Assembly: GCA_004764695.1 (NCBI GenBank) | Contig: SMSO01000025.1 | Location: 1,178,001-1,242,000 of the forward strand | DNA length: 64,000 bases | Direction: 5' to 3' | Origin: Schizochytrium sp. TIO01 | Lineage: Eukaryota > Protista > Bigyra: Labyrinthulomycetes | In this document: in pieces, positions 12,201 through 24,349 of the stretch | Layout of the letters: every line of letters begins with the position of its first letter | Position numbering within the stretch: the first letter of the stretch is position 1 | The notes under the pieces: model-generated | What the model saw: the letters and a program-made list of their open reading frames with translations, nothing else | The model's database searches: none | Told to the model about the DNA's origin: nothing | Program-made: the position numbers and the translations under genes

Positions 12201-12775
12201 TCTTGCCAAATGCTTCTCGATCATGTATTACTTATGATCAATTACGAAGAAGCGGTCTCGAGTTAATTCAGGACAACTTCTCAAGAAACTATCACACGTG
12301 TTTAAAAAAGTTCTTCCGCATTTTCTATTTGTACAATGGTATTGCCGACCAACTAAAAGCCATGTTGAAACAAGGGCAATGACCTCGCGAGTGATTTTAA
12401 CATCAAACCATTTACCGGTTGTGTGGTCAATGGGAGTTTTACAGTACGGGTAGAGTAATTTTAATTTATCTCGCATCTCATGAAACATCTTTGCTGGATA
12501 CCACGTTCCAATAGCTCTCGCATAGAAATATTCCTTGTCATATCGATTAATCATGTCAAGTTTCCGCGAAGGCCACCATAACCAAGATTTCTTGTTGCTT
12601 GTATCAAACCGTTCATGAGCATCCTCTATATTCATGCTAGAAACCTTCGATGTGCAATCCTGAATAAATTTTACTTCATATTCTCTCTAAGAGACTTGTT
12701 GCGACCATTTTCAGCCGGAGCAAATTCTGAGTCTACAAACTCACTATTCGGCCCACTATCACCCTCCCCCATCAT
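9266..12775 (-). mobile_element. Decayed DDE DNA transposase, Dada-superfamily-like (DUF6729-type N-terminus); element termini not identified
   Basis: ORF fragments 12228-12635, 11706-12224, 11476-11709, 10896-11534, 9971-10792 and 9266-9964 join into one frame across in-frame stops (12228-30, 10896-98, 9971-73) and frameshifts. Motifs in order: Zn-finger remnant YPYC...YHCTNRKC, PFGEFD/DGYNG, LQIDCSF (D1), TNELNQI, YTDNCC (D2), KLNIFNWLNRF (DxxH position), HVDCGCLDDP, ATNTFERFH (E). Confidence 0.75.
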
Positions 12776-13564
12776 GTTCACTCACGTTCCTCATAAACTT
12801 CACTCTCTTTAGCTAGAGTCAAAGATGATTTGTGATTTTGCGATTCCTTTGGTTCACATTGTAGTTCTGAACGGTCAGTTCTGCATACTAGTTACTTCTC
12901 TTGTCTTATAATATCCAGATATATTGATCATTATATTTTAAAGTTAATCAATAAAATACAAGAATCAGACGTGACAGACCCACAATATTAATAATGTCTT
13001 GTATATACACTGAAAAACCAGACTCAAGTTAAGAACTCAGGTTTCCATCAGTAGGGAGGTAACTACTCTCAAATAAAAAGTCTTCAGGTTTTCTATAACC
13101 TTCATTCCACTTCTTCAAAAAGAAGGTAAAAGGGAGGAAACTTTTCACGTGAGCAGGTAAAATTTAAAGCAAGAAGACAGAACCACTCATTCTCGTGATG
13201 TGATGGTAGGTCTAGTAGATTAAAAGGGCTGATGTACAAAACTCTGTTTTCAAGATTCATCTGCCGGATAGTCTAACTTTCAGCCAACGGCTTGAGAAGT
13301 TTCGTAGAAAGCGTTCATATCAGTGACATGGTATTGTTTTGGCTGGACTTGTCAAAGGATTTAAATGCGATACCTCTTACTAGTGGGACTGGGATTCAAT
13401 ATAACTTAAAGGTTTTATACATCGGTTCCCGCACAGGGTGCACACCTCATGTATTCTCTTCCTACTCTCACTATTATCTCCTTCCGTTTCACGTAACCTC
13501 TCGTTTAGAACATAGCGGTTATTGATTTTTCGGGATCTCTTCCAGAAAGTGTCACCTTAAAACT

Positions 13565-13580
13565 ACCCTAACCCTACCCT
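13565..13580 (+). promoter_or_regulatory. Telo-box-like motif upstream of RPS13
   Basis: ACCCTAACCCTACCCT about 145 bp upstream of the ATG. Telo-boxes are known in plant ribosomal-protein promoters; function here is inferred. Confidence 0.35.
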
Positions 13581-13723
13581 GGACAAAGGTTTTATCAAGG
13601 GAGAGTGGAGATAGTTAAGGTGATAATTCCAGTGGCGGAGAGCAGCGGAAGGCAGTGGCGGAGGTCTTCAGGTCAGCAAACTTGAGACAGGACACTCGCA
13701 GCAAGGTAGCTCGAGAAGACAAG

Positions 13724-15187
13724 ATGGGTCGCGTCTACGGCAACGGCAAGGGCATCAGCAGCAGCGCGCTGCCGTACAAGCGCACCCCGCCCAGCTGGCT
13801 CAAGATCTCCCCGGAGGTAGGTGACGCTCGCGGTTAGTCAGGTGCCACTCCCGAGCTTTTCTTTACATGAGTTGACCGATTGAAGGCATTGCCATGGCGT
13901 ATGTTATGAGTCCATCCTGAAGGCACCTAGACTTTTAGGCCTCGCGATTTCTACCATGCTCGATGCAACTGTGCCCGACATTCCTCTGCTCCTTGTTCAG
14001 ATAAAGCCCGATCGAGCTCGCTGGGTTTGTATTTGATACAGGCCCGATGTAGCTGGAGCGGCCCGGCATAAATTGCTGCGGCGACCACGACAGCCTCTCG
14101 ATTTGCATTTGGTATGCTTTCGAAAGAGGCGGGAGCAAGCGACAAAACATTACATTTGGAGCGTGAGATAGACAAGTGTCAATAGGCCCAGGCCATACCT
14201 TGTATCTCTTAGACCCTTTCACTATTTGCTCTGCTAGTATTCTTACTTGCTTGGTGGTGGAAGACATCTTATACGCACGGACTGAACTGCTGCTTGGCAA
14301 TGCGGTTTTATCGGTAGAAGTGGTTCGCTGATGCATGATTCTATATCAGTGACTCGTCTGAGTTTGTTCGGTCTATTGCTGATTTCGGTCAGGGTTAGAT
14401 TGAATCCAGGTCGAGACCTCTCTACTGTAACCAGTGTAATGTCGCTGTTCACTAAACCAGCCAAAATCTTTTCGACAGTCATTAGTACTTGACAAGGCTT
14501 GATGCTATGGAGAGAACTGATTCTGCGAATAAAGGTTGGCTGTGCTCTTCCTCGTTGGTTTGCTTCGCGCAAGGGTGTTAGTAGAGCTAGTGGCTCGCTT
14601 ACACACCTGACTTCGCGTTTAATATTATGTGTACGGCGTTTAGAACGTCAATGTCCGAGAGGACGTAGGGACTAACAGTTTGATATTCGTTCACGAATGT
14701 GTGATGTTTGATTTATAATTAACAGGAGGTCGAGCAGCAATGCTGCAAGCTCGCCAAGAAGGGTCTTAACCCTTCCCAGATCGGTGTCATCCTCCGTGAC
14801 TCCCACGGTATTGCCCAGGTCAAGAGCATGCTCGGCCACAAGATCTCCCGTATTCTGAAGAAGAACGGTCTTGCCGCTGAGCTCCCTGAGGACCTCTACT
14901 TCCTCATTAAGAAGGCTGTCTCCATGCGCAAGCACCTCGAGCGCAACCGCCGTGACACCAGCGCCAAGTACTCCCTCATTCTCCTCGAGTCCCGCATTCA
15001 CGTAAGTTTCTTTGATGAGCCTAAATTAGGTTCTTCAGACGCATGGTTCTGGAATCGTTGACTAACGTTACCTCTGTTATTTTGTCTTATAATTTTACAG
15101 CGTCTTGCCCGCTACTACAAGCGCACCAAGCACCTTCCCCCCACCTGGCGCTACGAGTCCAGCACCGCCTCTGCCCTCGTCGCTTAA
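13724..15187 (+). CDS. RPS13: 40S ribosomal protein S13 (uS15); 3 exons: 13724-13816, 14726-15001, 15101-15187
   Basis: Spliced product is 151 aa: [27 protein letters not shown]...GVILRDSHG...[13 protein letters not shown]...ESRIHRLARYYK...STASALVA*. Introns are GTAGGT..AACAG (13817-14725) and GTAAGT..TACAG (15002-15100), each with an ACTAAC branch site. Confidence 0.98.
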
Positions 15188-16996
15188 ACGAAGACATTTT
15201 CAGTGCTTTATTGTTTGTTCCAATCTTTTTTCTTTCCTTGATTAATACTTGTTTTAATCTTCAGTCTCGATTGAATCTTGAGGTGTACGATTACTTTGTT
15301 TGTTGGGTTTGTCCCGGCTGTTGCACAGGGAGTGCTTCAGAGTATGTGGCTGGCTGTTGTAGTAGAGTCAAGTAAAGCGCCTTTTCTGATGTAGCTACCT
15401 TGTTCGCCTCGCTGTTTACCCATGGATATGGTAGATTGAGACCCGTTAACCAAACGTTGGGTTTCACAGACTTGCCTCGTTAGGCAACCCATGCCAGTTT
15501 GTGCTACAGTATTCAGTTGGTTTATCTGTATGATTGCCATGTTTTGAATTTAACCATAGTAAATTCTTGTGCCAAAAATAGGCAATGGGTACTGATATTG
15601 TTTTTATGCGCAGTGTTCACTGCTACAAGTAGGACTGAAGCCCTGGAAGAAACCTGGCCAGGTTGATAGTGGTCCTGCGTGTTTCCTCAGTATTACAATC
15701 AAATTTTTAAGCACTGGTTCGTGGAAGTTGCGAGCTTCAACGAACTTTGACGCTGTCTTCTGTTCAAACTGAGTTAAAGAAAAATTCACTCAAAAACCTT
15801 CGTGAACTTTTTTTCATGTGTCCAAGAATAATGCCTAGAATCTTAAAAACAGGACATTATATAAGTTGCACCGATAGAACCAAAATGTCAACTTTGATAG
15901 TGTATATCTTTTAATGTAGGAGGTAGAGACGTTAAAAACAAGGTCATAGATATGTATTCAACTTCGATTTGGTTGATGTATAGCCTCTGTTTGCGTGTTC
16001 TTTTGACCCAACAACAGCTCCTATAAAAAGCTGTTGCACAAATATGCTTAATTTGAAATTAGGTTGAGAAATTGGTGTTGCAGATACTTTTATATATTGA
16101 AAACATTCCTTTTAAATAGAGATAATTTATCTACCCTTTATTCAACCATTAGTTTGGGATCTTGAATGCTTTTTAAAATGATGTCATGATAGACGGACCC
16201 AAATTGAAAGAAGGGAGATTTAGGAAGATATAACTTAGTTTTAAATTTTTATTTTTTATTTTTATTGTGAAGCCAAGTTTTCTGGTGTAAAACATATATA
16301 TTGAACGAGGACCGCTGAGTACTAAGTTCGCGAGCGCAAACCCTTTAAAACTTCGATTCGGGTGCTGAGGTGATGTGCCTCATGTCATGAAAGATTTACG
16401 GAACTCCTAATTGAAATAGGGGAAATCCCCCTGCTTATTTCTTAATTGCGTGTGCCTCTGTTACCGTACTAAGTAATATTCATCCCTTTATATTATGACC
16501 GTGTGCACGCGCTGGTTACCCTGTCAAGACATGAAACCAAAAAGTTTATCATAGCAGAGCAGAAGTCGATGGGGGCTTGCGTACTAGGGAGTGTTGCGCT
16601 TGTAAAGACCCTGTTCTCTTGGCGCTTATTCTAGGGCCGGCGTAGCTCAGACAGGCTAAAAAGTAACAACCAAGTTCATCGTGACCGCATCTTACACCCT
16701 AGCTTGCTGTTGTCAGAGCTTGTAGCAGGCTTCACCACAGGCACGAGCACTTGGACGCGCACATTCGAAATCTCTTTCTTGTGTATGCAGATTGGCTACA
16801 CTCGCTCAGAGTTGCAGTGAGCCTGTCTTGACAAGCCAGCCATTCTAGGGGATAAACTTCTTCAACAGGATTAATCACAAGGTACTCTTTGGGTCACTCG
16901 ACGTCTCACAATAGAGACTTCACGTAACCCCTCAACAGGCTGAGAAAAGAGGACTTAAGAAGCCAAGGAAGTTGACTGGAATCCCTAAAGACAACC

Positions 16997-17656
16997 ATGT
17001 CTCCACCATCACCGGCGAACGTTGAAGAAGGACGCGTCTATCTACCAAAGCCAGATGAGCATCGTGAAAGTATCGTCAGTGGTCTGACGAGTGTTTCAGA
17101 TGGTTCTTCGAGGGACGGGAGTACGTGTGGAACTACATGCGTGGCAATGATGCATGCATGCAACTGTTTTCTTGTTTGGACTTGGCGAATACTGATGATC
17201 TTGAGTATACTTTGCGCCATAGTTGATTGCTACTGCTCATGGGTAGTCTACGCACGGTCGCAAAACTTTGCGTTGCTAAAGGACTCCGCCGACCTCAGTG
17301 TTGGACTTCTCTTTTTAGTTTTCATTCTAGGCTATGAGTTAGTTGCTATTTTTTTACCCCTTCTGATGACGATGAACAAAAATGAGAAGAAAAATGACGA
17401 CTTTGAATTGATGGTTACCTCGGCACCTGTTCGTGTTGTTGCTGCGTGGGTAATCTTTGGTATCTGTACGGTGCTCTTAATTCTGCGAGTCTATGTGTTT
17501 TTCATTTTCATCTCGATCATAAATGCGTTCTTAACGCCTGCGGTGCTTCTCACTTATGCAGTGGTTCATCTTGTTCGATACTACAAGAGGAGACGTCAAG
17601 CTGTATCTTCACAGAGCCATTCTTCAGATGTTGTTCCAAGTGCAACAATGCCGTGA
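16997..17656 (+). CDS. Uncharacterised multi-pass membrane protein (~4 TM helices)
   Basis: 219-aa ATG ORF with several long hydrophobic segments and a basic stop-transfer tail (RYYKRRRQ). No family recognised. Confidence 0.7.
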   Translation: MSPPSPANVEEGRVYLPKPDEHRESIVSGLTSVSDGSSRDGSTCGTTCVAMMHACNCFLVWTWRILMILSILCAIVDCYCSWVVYARSQNFALLKDSADLSVGLLFLVFILGYELVAIFLPLLMTMNKNEKKNDDFELMVTSAPVRVVAAWVIFGICTVLLILRVYVFFIFISIINAFLTPAVLLTYAVVHLVRYYKRRRQAVSSQSHSSDVVPSATMP

Positions 17657-19543
17657 TTGCATCAATTGTTTTTTTTTGTCTTTAATGCGAGCTTTCATCG
17701 GGAAGTATGTATTAGACGAGGAGGTTCTCTACTCCTGGGTGACTAGACCCGCATGCCCACAAAAGTATATATGACATATTCTGTACTTGGTTTTATCCAA
17801 AGTTCTAATATACGCTACAATAAGTGCTTTACCATTGCTACTTATTTCTAATTCTAATTTGATGTTTTGTTTGAGTTGTGATATGCCTCTATAGTTCTTT
17901 CCAAGTTTTTTGTAACGCGCAAGGTTAATATAGTACACGTAACCACGAGTGTCAAATTCCAAGCAATGAATAACTAGGTAGAAAGGGTCTGTCAAGAATG
18001 AACAGCAAATTTATTCTATAACTTGAAAATAATTTGTCCTAAAACATACATAGAACAAAGCTGGGAATCATTTCCAATGCCTCTCTACTGCTGTGCAGCA
18101 TTTGTGCGCCTCATTCACGTCTTTCATGCCTCCGGCTCTTTACATTCCTGGGAATAAAAATCCCAATTTGGCTTCCACAATGCTACTGCCGTACCTGAGT
18201 GCTTAAATTGATTCTAGAGAACTAAAATTGACTACCTAGCTTGAAATCTTGATGAAGCATATTTGACAATCGTATGCCTGACAATACTATCTATCACCTT
18301 GGTCTTTCGAAAGAATGAGTCCAGAAAGAGATGCGTTGGTCTTCAATTAAAAAGGTGTGAATATTCACCTCGCGGCACTCGTTTCTCTGTACTTCTGAGC
18401 CTGGCCAGTTGTTGATATGTGCTCTATTATCTCCTGTAAGAATCCATGTGCCACCCTGCAGAGTACTAGGCATGTCCTAATAGTAGTACTATAAAAATAG
18501 AGTGAGCCACCCTCAAAAAGATCTAAATCATCACCACACAGACCAATAATTCATGCACCAAAGCAGCACGACTCGCAGGGAGAGAGAGAGCTTATGCCAC
18601 ACTTGGGCTGAGCAATGTGCAAACGAACAATTCTCAGGAAATCTTTCTCCCTTTCTTTGCAAATACAAATTGAGGCACTGCCTAGTGGAATTCCATGAGG
18701 CCGGCCACCAAAGCCAAAGTTCTCGACCCCTCCGAGTTTTCTCCACCACCGCCACCACCACCACCCAACTTGAAGCGTTCAATGCCGTTTTACCATCCAA
18801 GGGTGTTCTGAATTCCGCAGGGGCGCGCTGTATCCTCTCTCCAGTATCATCATCTCCAGCGGCTTCCCAGGCTCGCGGAGACCCGGAGCGGACAACTCCG
18901 CCGGCGTTTCTCTCCCCATCGCTTAACATTCTCATTCTCAAGAAATTCACTCATTCATTCAGCGATTCATTCAACATTTCATCCAGTCAACCGTCAGCCA
19001 GCAGCTGCCCCAAAGCCAGGATCAATTACGATGCTTCTTTGGAGTCGGACGGTCGTCTTCTCTGCCATCTCGCTCAAGCTCCACGCTGGCAAATTACAGC
19101 CAGCTTATAGCCGAGCTCGCGCTGGTGCCTCAGACAGGCGCTCAGCTGCGTTTCATCTGCCACAAGCTGCCTGCTGCTTCCAGCGATCAGAACCCAGGCG
19201 GAACCTTTTCAGAACGCGTTCTTTTTCGTTCCTCCCCGTGTTCTCTCGCAGTTCCCTGCTTGCTCTTAGAGGCGGCTGGTCTCCTTGAGCCTCTCTCGGA
19301 CTGCATACAAACAAATGATAGTTTGGGTACCTACTGCTGACTTGCTTACTACCTATCAGTTAGCGATAAGCCAACCGTCCTGACCCCAGAAACGAGATGG
19401 TGCAATGCTTAGGCAGGAGGTAGAAGGAGCTACAAGGTCAAGGGAGAAAGAATTTGCAGGAACTGTAAAGTAGAGCTTACTTAGCTAGCTAGCTTCCTCC
19501 AATTTATTATTATTTATTTTTTTATAGGAAGAGGCATTTATGA

Positions 19544-19607
19544 TTGTTTGTTTGTTTGTTTGTTTGTTTGTTTGTTTGTTTGTTTGTTTGTTTGTTTGTT
19601 TGTTTGT
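19544..19607. repeat. (TTGT)n microsatellite, ~16 units
   Basis: Direct inspection. Confidence 0.95.
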
Positions 19608-19785
19608 CTCTTTCTTTCTTTTCTTGCCCTGCCTACTCCTCTAATTCTTCTTCTTCTTCTTCTACTTCTTCGATGTGGATGATTTGCACTAACTTGGAGG
19701 CTGCCTTCAGCTTCAGTGGTGTGATCGCCACTGCCCGAATGCACGGCGTCCTGGGCCCGATTGTAGGGTGGCTGCCTCGATATGT

Positions 19786-19826
19786 ATTCATTCATTCATT
19801 CATTCATTCATTCATTCATTCATTCA
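19786..19826. repeat. (ATTC)n microsatellite, ~10 units
   Basis: Direct inspection. Confidence 0.95.
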
Positions 19827-20493
19827 CTCACTGCTTTTTAATGAATAAAAAAGTGCTTTCTTTATAAGGAATGAAAACAAACTTGAACATCAGCAGACCT
19901 CTAAAGGGTTGTAATTAGGCTTATTCCGAGTCACCGCAGTCCTCCTTAGCGCTTATAGTTCTTAGAGGAGGTGTGCGAACTGGAGGAGAAAGCTTTTGAA
20001 GAAAGATAAAAAGGAACAGAAATGAATAGGAAAAGAATGGCGGTCCTTTCTTAAATTTACATTTTAAAAAAATATATGTATGTTTTTCCAATTATTATAT
20101 TCTTTTCCCTCATTTTTAAAAAAGTGAATGGCACAAGCGCGCACGCACGCACTGTAGGGCAAGAGCAAACCAACAAAGAAAGAACAACCAAATCGTAATA
20201 GGCCAAGAGAACATAAATCTCTCCGGGGTTGGGCTAGGGTTAGTCTGGACGGGGCATTCGCTCTGGTGGTCACGCTCAGCGGGTGGACGCTGGGCGGGGC
20301 TTATCGTAATTTAGCTACTGGCTGGCTGCTATTTTCTTCGCGGACAGGGGAGATTCAATTGATTAAGCAATCCGATCGCTTGCAGTGATTGATCGATTTA
20401 GTTTGCACAGCCTAAAAAAAGAGGAGCTTCGTCGCACGGCTGAAAACCTTTCGTTTGCAGCAGCAGTAGGCATTAGACTGTGGTGACGAAAGA

Positions 20494-21345
20494 ATGTCAG
20501 TAGTTAAGAAGCCAGCAGTCTGCCTTGCGCATGGGCTTATCAACCCATTCGCAAGCGCATGTGATGCAATTATGCAGCGCACATATTTTACAGGAATTCC
20601 TGCTTTTCTCCGAAGCCATGGCTACCGCGTTTTGCAGCCCCAGGTGAGCTCAATGGGCCATGTACATGAGCGTGCTAGTCAGCTACGCGAGCAAATCGCA
20701 GCATGGGATGAACTAGAGCCCGGTGAGAGAATCATTGTCATAGGGCATTCCATGGGCGGGCTTGACACACGTTGGATGATTTCCAATTTAGGTGGAGACG
20801 AGCTTGTCAGCTCCCTAGTGACTATTGCATCCCCTCACTACGGCACATGCCTGGCTGATACTGTCGTAGACGGGCTCAATCCAGTGGAAAAATACTACCA
20901 CCGCCTTGACTCTATAGGGTGGAGCATCCGTGCATTGAACTGTTTGACGCGGTCCTTTATGCGCGAAGAGTTCAACCCCAACTGCCTCGATTCTCCTGAT
21001 GTTGACTACGTTTCTGTGACTGGAGTTACAGAATCACACAAGGCTACCCGAATGATCCGCCCGCTGGTAAACATTCTTTATCGCGAAGAGGGCATAAATG
21101 ACGGCCTCGTTAGTGTGGAATCCTCCAAGTGGGGTCGCTATGTGGGTGTATACGAACTTGACCACATTGCCCAAATCAACCACATTCCTCAGACTCTTAC
21201 CATGTACCAAAATTTATTAAAGGAAGTCGATCACACTGCCGCAGAGACCTTTGCTGCTTCCATTGATGCAATGAATGAAGCAGCAGAAAGGGCGTATGCG
21301 TTGGGCGAGATGGAACGGCAAAAGGAAGGGGCCATCATGGCCTAA
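20494..21345 (+). CDS. Triacylglycerol lipase-type alpha/beta hydrolase (Tgl2/family I-like)
   Basis: 283 aa. Oxyanion motif LAHGL, nucleophile GHSMGGLD, TIASPHYGT, acid NDGLV, His in LDHIAQI. Confidence 0.9.
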   Translation: MSVVKKPAVCLAHGLINPFASACDAIMQRTYFTGIPAFLRSHGYRVLQPQVSSMGHVHERASQLREQIAAWDELEPGERIIVIGHSMGGLDTRWMISNLGGDELVSSLVTIASPHYGTCLADTVVDGLNPVEKYYHRLDSIGWSIRALNCLTRSFMREEFNPNCLDSPDVDYVSVTGVTESHKATRMIRPLVNILYREEGINDGLVSVESSKWGRYVGVYELDHIAQINHIPQTLTMYQNLLKEVDHTAAETFAASIDAMNEAAERAYALGEMERQKEGAIMA

Positions 21346-24300
21346 ATACCTTCCTTTTGGATACGATCCCCTCATCCAATTGCGGATACTTCCCACTTGA
21401 TTCATTCACAAAGCTTGTTCCTCTGCAATTGGTCTGCCAAGTTTGGTAAGCGTCTAACATTGTCAGAGCTCGGCAAGGATACTTTATGATAGTCGCAATT
21501 CTAATAACAGCAAGCGTAATAAGATGAACCCCCACAGCAGACTGTTGCATAAAGCACTGCACTAGGGAGCAGTATCTTATGCGAGCCTTTGCTTGCTTGT
21601 TTGTTAAATGAAAGGTTCTCTTGATTAAACGACATCAACAACTCGTCCTCGTACACTTTAAATTTAACTGTACAAATGAAGTATATTGGACTAGGCAAGT
21701 TCTTCGTATATGATTTATTGGAAAACTTGATGGTGTGGAAACACGCTTTTTTTACTATAGAACTTGTACTTACTTTCTGTAAAGATGACTCTTTTCTTCT
21801 TCTTTTAATTCTTCTTCGTTTCCCTCTCCTCAAAATATGATTTTTATGGGATATTTTTTGCATTCTTTTCGTGGTTTCTTGAGCAAGCAATTTTGGCTTT
21901 CTTGGTTCTTCATCAGTATTAAGAGGGATATGAAATGGGAAGGAAGTATGATCTTCATAGAGTGTCGTTTTGCGATTGAAGAGATCGCGTTATTTGTGGT
22001 TGGCCGGGTCAATGTTAAAACTCGGTGGTTGCCGCGCACCTGTGGCGGGCAATGTTTCTTTCTTGTATTGATTGCTACCCCGACTGCCTAGTTATACTTT
22101 TCAGCATTTTCAACGGCGTTGGGGTAGCCAATAATGATCCATTGTACAACATCGAGGAGTATATACGCAGGGCGTGGGTGGATATAGTATGAGCAGATAT
22201 GAGTGCGCAGAGTGCTTTGTTGATAGTGCTTTCCACTTCTTTGCTCACTCTATGCCGTGACGATGTAGGCAAAAGGAAGGTCGTGTAACGAACTAATTCC
22301 CCACCGAGTATTCTTTGGTTCGCACCACAATTGATGAGTTCCAGAGCACGGCAAGGATCTCCTGATCGTGATTACTTCCGCTTACTGCTGCTACTGCTGC
22401 TAAAACTACTACTACTAAAACAACTTGGAATGCAATGCCCAGTGCCATATTCAAGAGCTGTTGTTGCTCAGATTGTTTTTGTAAAGCCTTAGGAGGCAGA
22501 TAATACCTGTCAGTACTGCTGATTTCGAAAAACACTCCATCTGCACGACTTCACCGTCACGAGGAAACTGTTAACCCCGTTTTCTTAAAATAGGAGAGTT
22601 ATTCCAAAATGACGTGACGCACGTCACATAATATCTATTCGTCTTTGAGCGCACAAGGTCTATGCTAAGCTTCCTTCAACATTGAAAGTCTATTCCCATC
22701 GTGCAAGTAAGTATTCTTGCGATGTCTGAAGGAGACCTAAGGTGTGCGAAAATATAATCCCAAGCGCATCTTAACATATGACCAGCATACGCAATAAATG
22801 TCCGAAGACATAAAAGGTAGAATCGGATAGAAAATGAAGTAAGACACGACGTGGGCTCGCGGTGAATGTTGTGGAAAATTTCACAAAGAAAGCGATACTG
22901 CCGCTTCAAAGGAAGAAGCACAAAAGGCATATCTCAAGCATGCAACCGTAAACATATCCGGTGTTCAGAGAACAACAACGATTCACTAATATGTAAATAG
23001 CACAGAACATTAGCAGCGAATGGTAATCAGAGCACAAAGCTAGGGCAATTCTCTAGCGAGCGAGGATATAGAAAAACAGTGGGTGGCAGGAGGACGATCG
23101 CATAACAACCTGATAATCAGCGAGTGTTTCGGATGAACACTCCTGGAAAAACGTGTTTCGAGATCACAGCGCTCAGAACAAGCACGCCGAGGAGAAAATA
23201 GTAAGCACTATTTGCTAGGCGATAAGTTAAGAGCTGTGTAATTATGATTGCGCAGATGAGAGAGAAACCGTGTGCGAGAGGAAACCATGGTGTAAAAAGA
23301 GATTATAGAGCGGGTGCGGGGTAAAGAGGTACGCACCGTTTGCCACAGCACCTTTGTTGGTCGAAATAAGAAAAAATTCAGCAAAGAATTGTCGACACAG
23401 ATGCGTGTGAAGGGTTGTGTCTTTCGCAGCGTCTCCATAAGGTAACTTGATTGCAAAATCAAAGAGGTGAAACGCTTTTGATAAATTTTGATGGCGCCAA
23501 TGATGTTAAAGATCAGACTTTGCAATCACGAGATCAGATTGTTCACCAAATGTCTTCCTTTGCAACAATCTGTAGGGCTTCCAGATCAAGGCCTAAAAGA
23601 TAAAGGTGAACAATCATTCTTCGTCATTCTAAGTAAAACTGTAGAACATTCGCAGGTTGCGCAATGATACACACATTCTGTGCGGCGAAGACATCTACCC
23701 TCTAAGGAATCTTAGAAGCCACCATATGCTTCACTTTTATGTATCTCGCGGGAAATTGAAAGTGCGGGCTTCTTTCGCCCTTGGTCCGTAGGAACGGGTT
23801 TCCATTCAAAAGGAAAGAGGTGCAGAAGATACATAGGAGTGTTTGGAAGGGGACCTGAGAGAGTGGTGATAGGAGAACAGGGAAAATAAAAGAGATGACG
23901 GCACGGGCGACGAATCTGGCATCCCGCGCAGAGAGTTTTGAAGAGACTAAATGATGATAGTGCAGGAGTAATAGGAGTGGTCACGGATTGGTCCAGACAG
24001 TCAAAGACAAAGCAGAAGAAAAGTGAATATGTGTGCGAGGAAAAATGGAGAGGAGGGATATTTGGGGTGTAGCGAATGAGAGTGATTGGGTGGACAAATG
24101 GAGTATTGAATGCGGTATTGAAAGAGCGAGCAAATGTGGAGAAAAGGTTTTAGGTCACACGTAGGGTTTGGAAGCGCAAATGCCTTCATCAAGAGCTCGC
24201 CACAACCAGGTGAACCGTCCACCCCACCCCCTCGCTCAGGTGAATTAGCAGGTCAGAGAAATATATTTCGTTAAGTCGGACGTTCAAGCAGCAGCATAGA

Positions 24301-24349
24301 TCATCAGTCAAACAGTGAATTGATCGATCGATTAGCGCGCCTCAGGTGT

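Noticed and set aside
14672-15001. Antisense or shadow ORFs over real genes (also over the ceramidase, cyclase, Ku80, LeuRS, parvulin and Myb genes)
   Set aside because: Explained by codon bias of the opposite-strand CDS.
15002-15100. TGATGA box-C-like motif in RPS13 intron 2
   Set aside because: No CTGA box D or terminal stem.
16636-16650. tRNA-like 5' fragment GCCGGCGTAGCTCAG
   Set aside because: No D-arm closure, anticodon arm or T-loop follows.
18531-19867. ORFs 18553-19110, 18531-18950, 19538-19795 and 19544-19867
   Set aside because: Low-complexity or microsatellite-derived translations without domain signal.
22293-22448. 51-aa signal-peptide-like ORF, with an RILGG trypsin-like string in another frame
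   Set aside because: The hydrophobic run comes from GTA/GCA triplet repeats, and no protease motifs follow.
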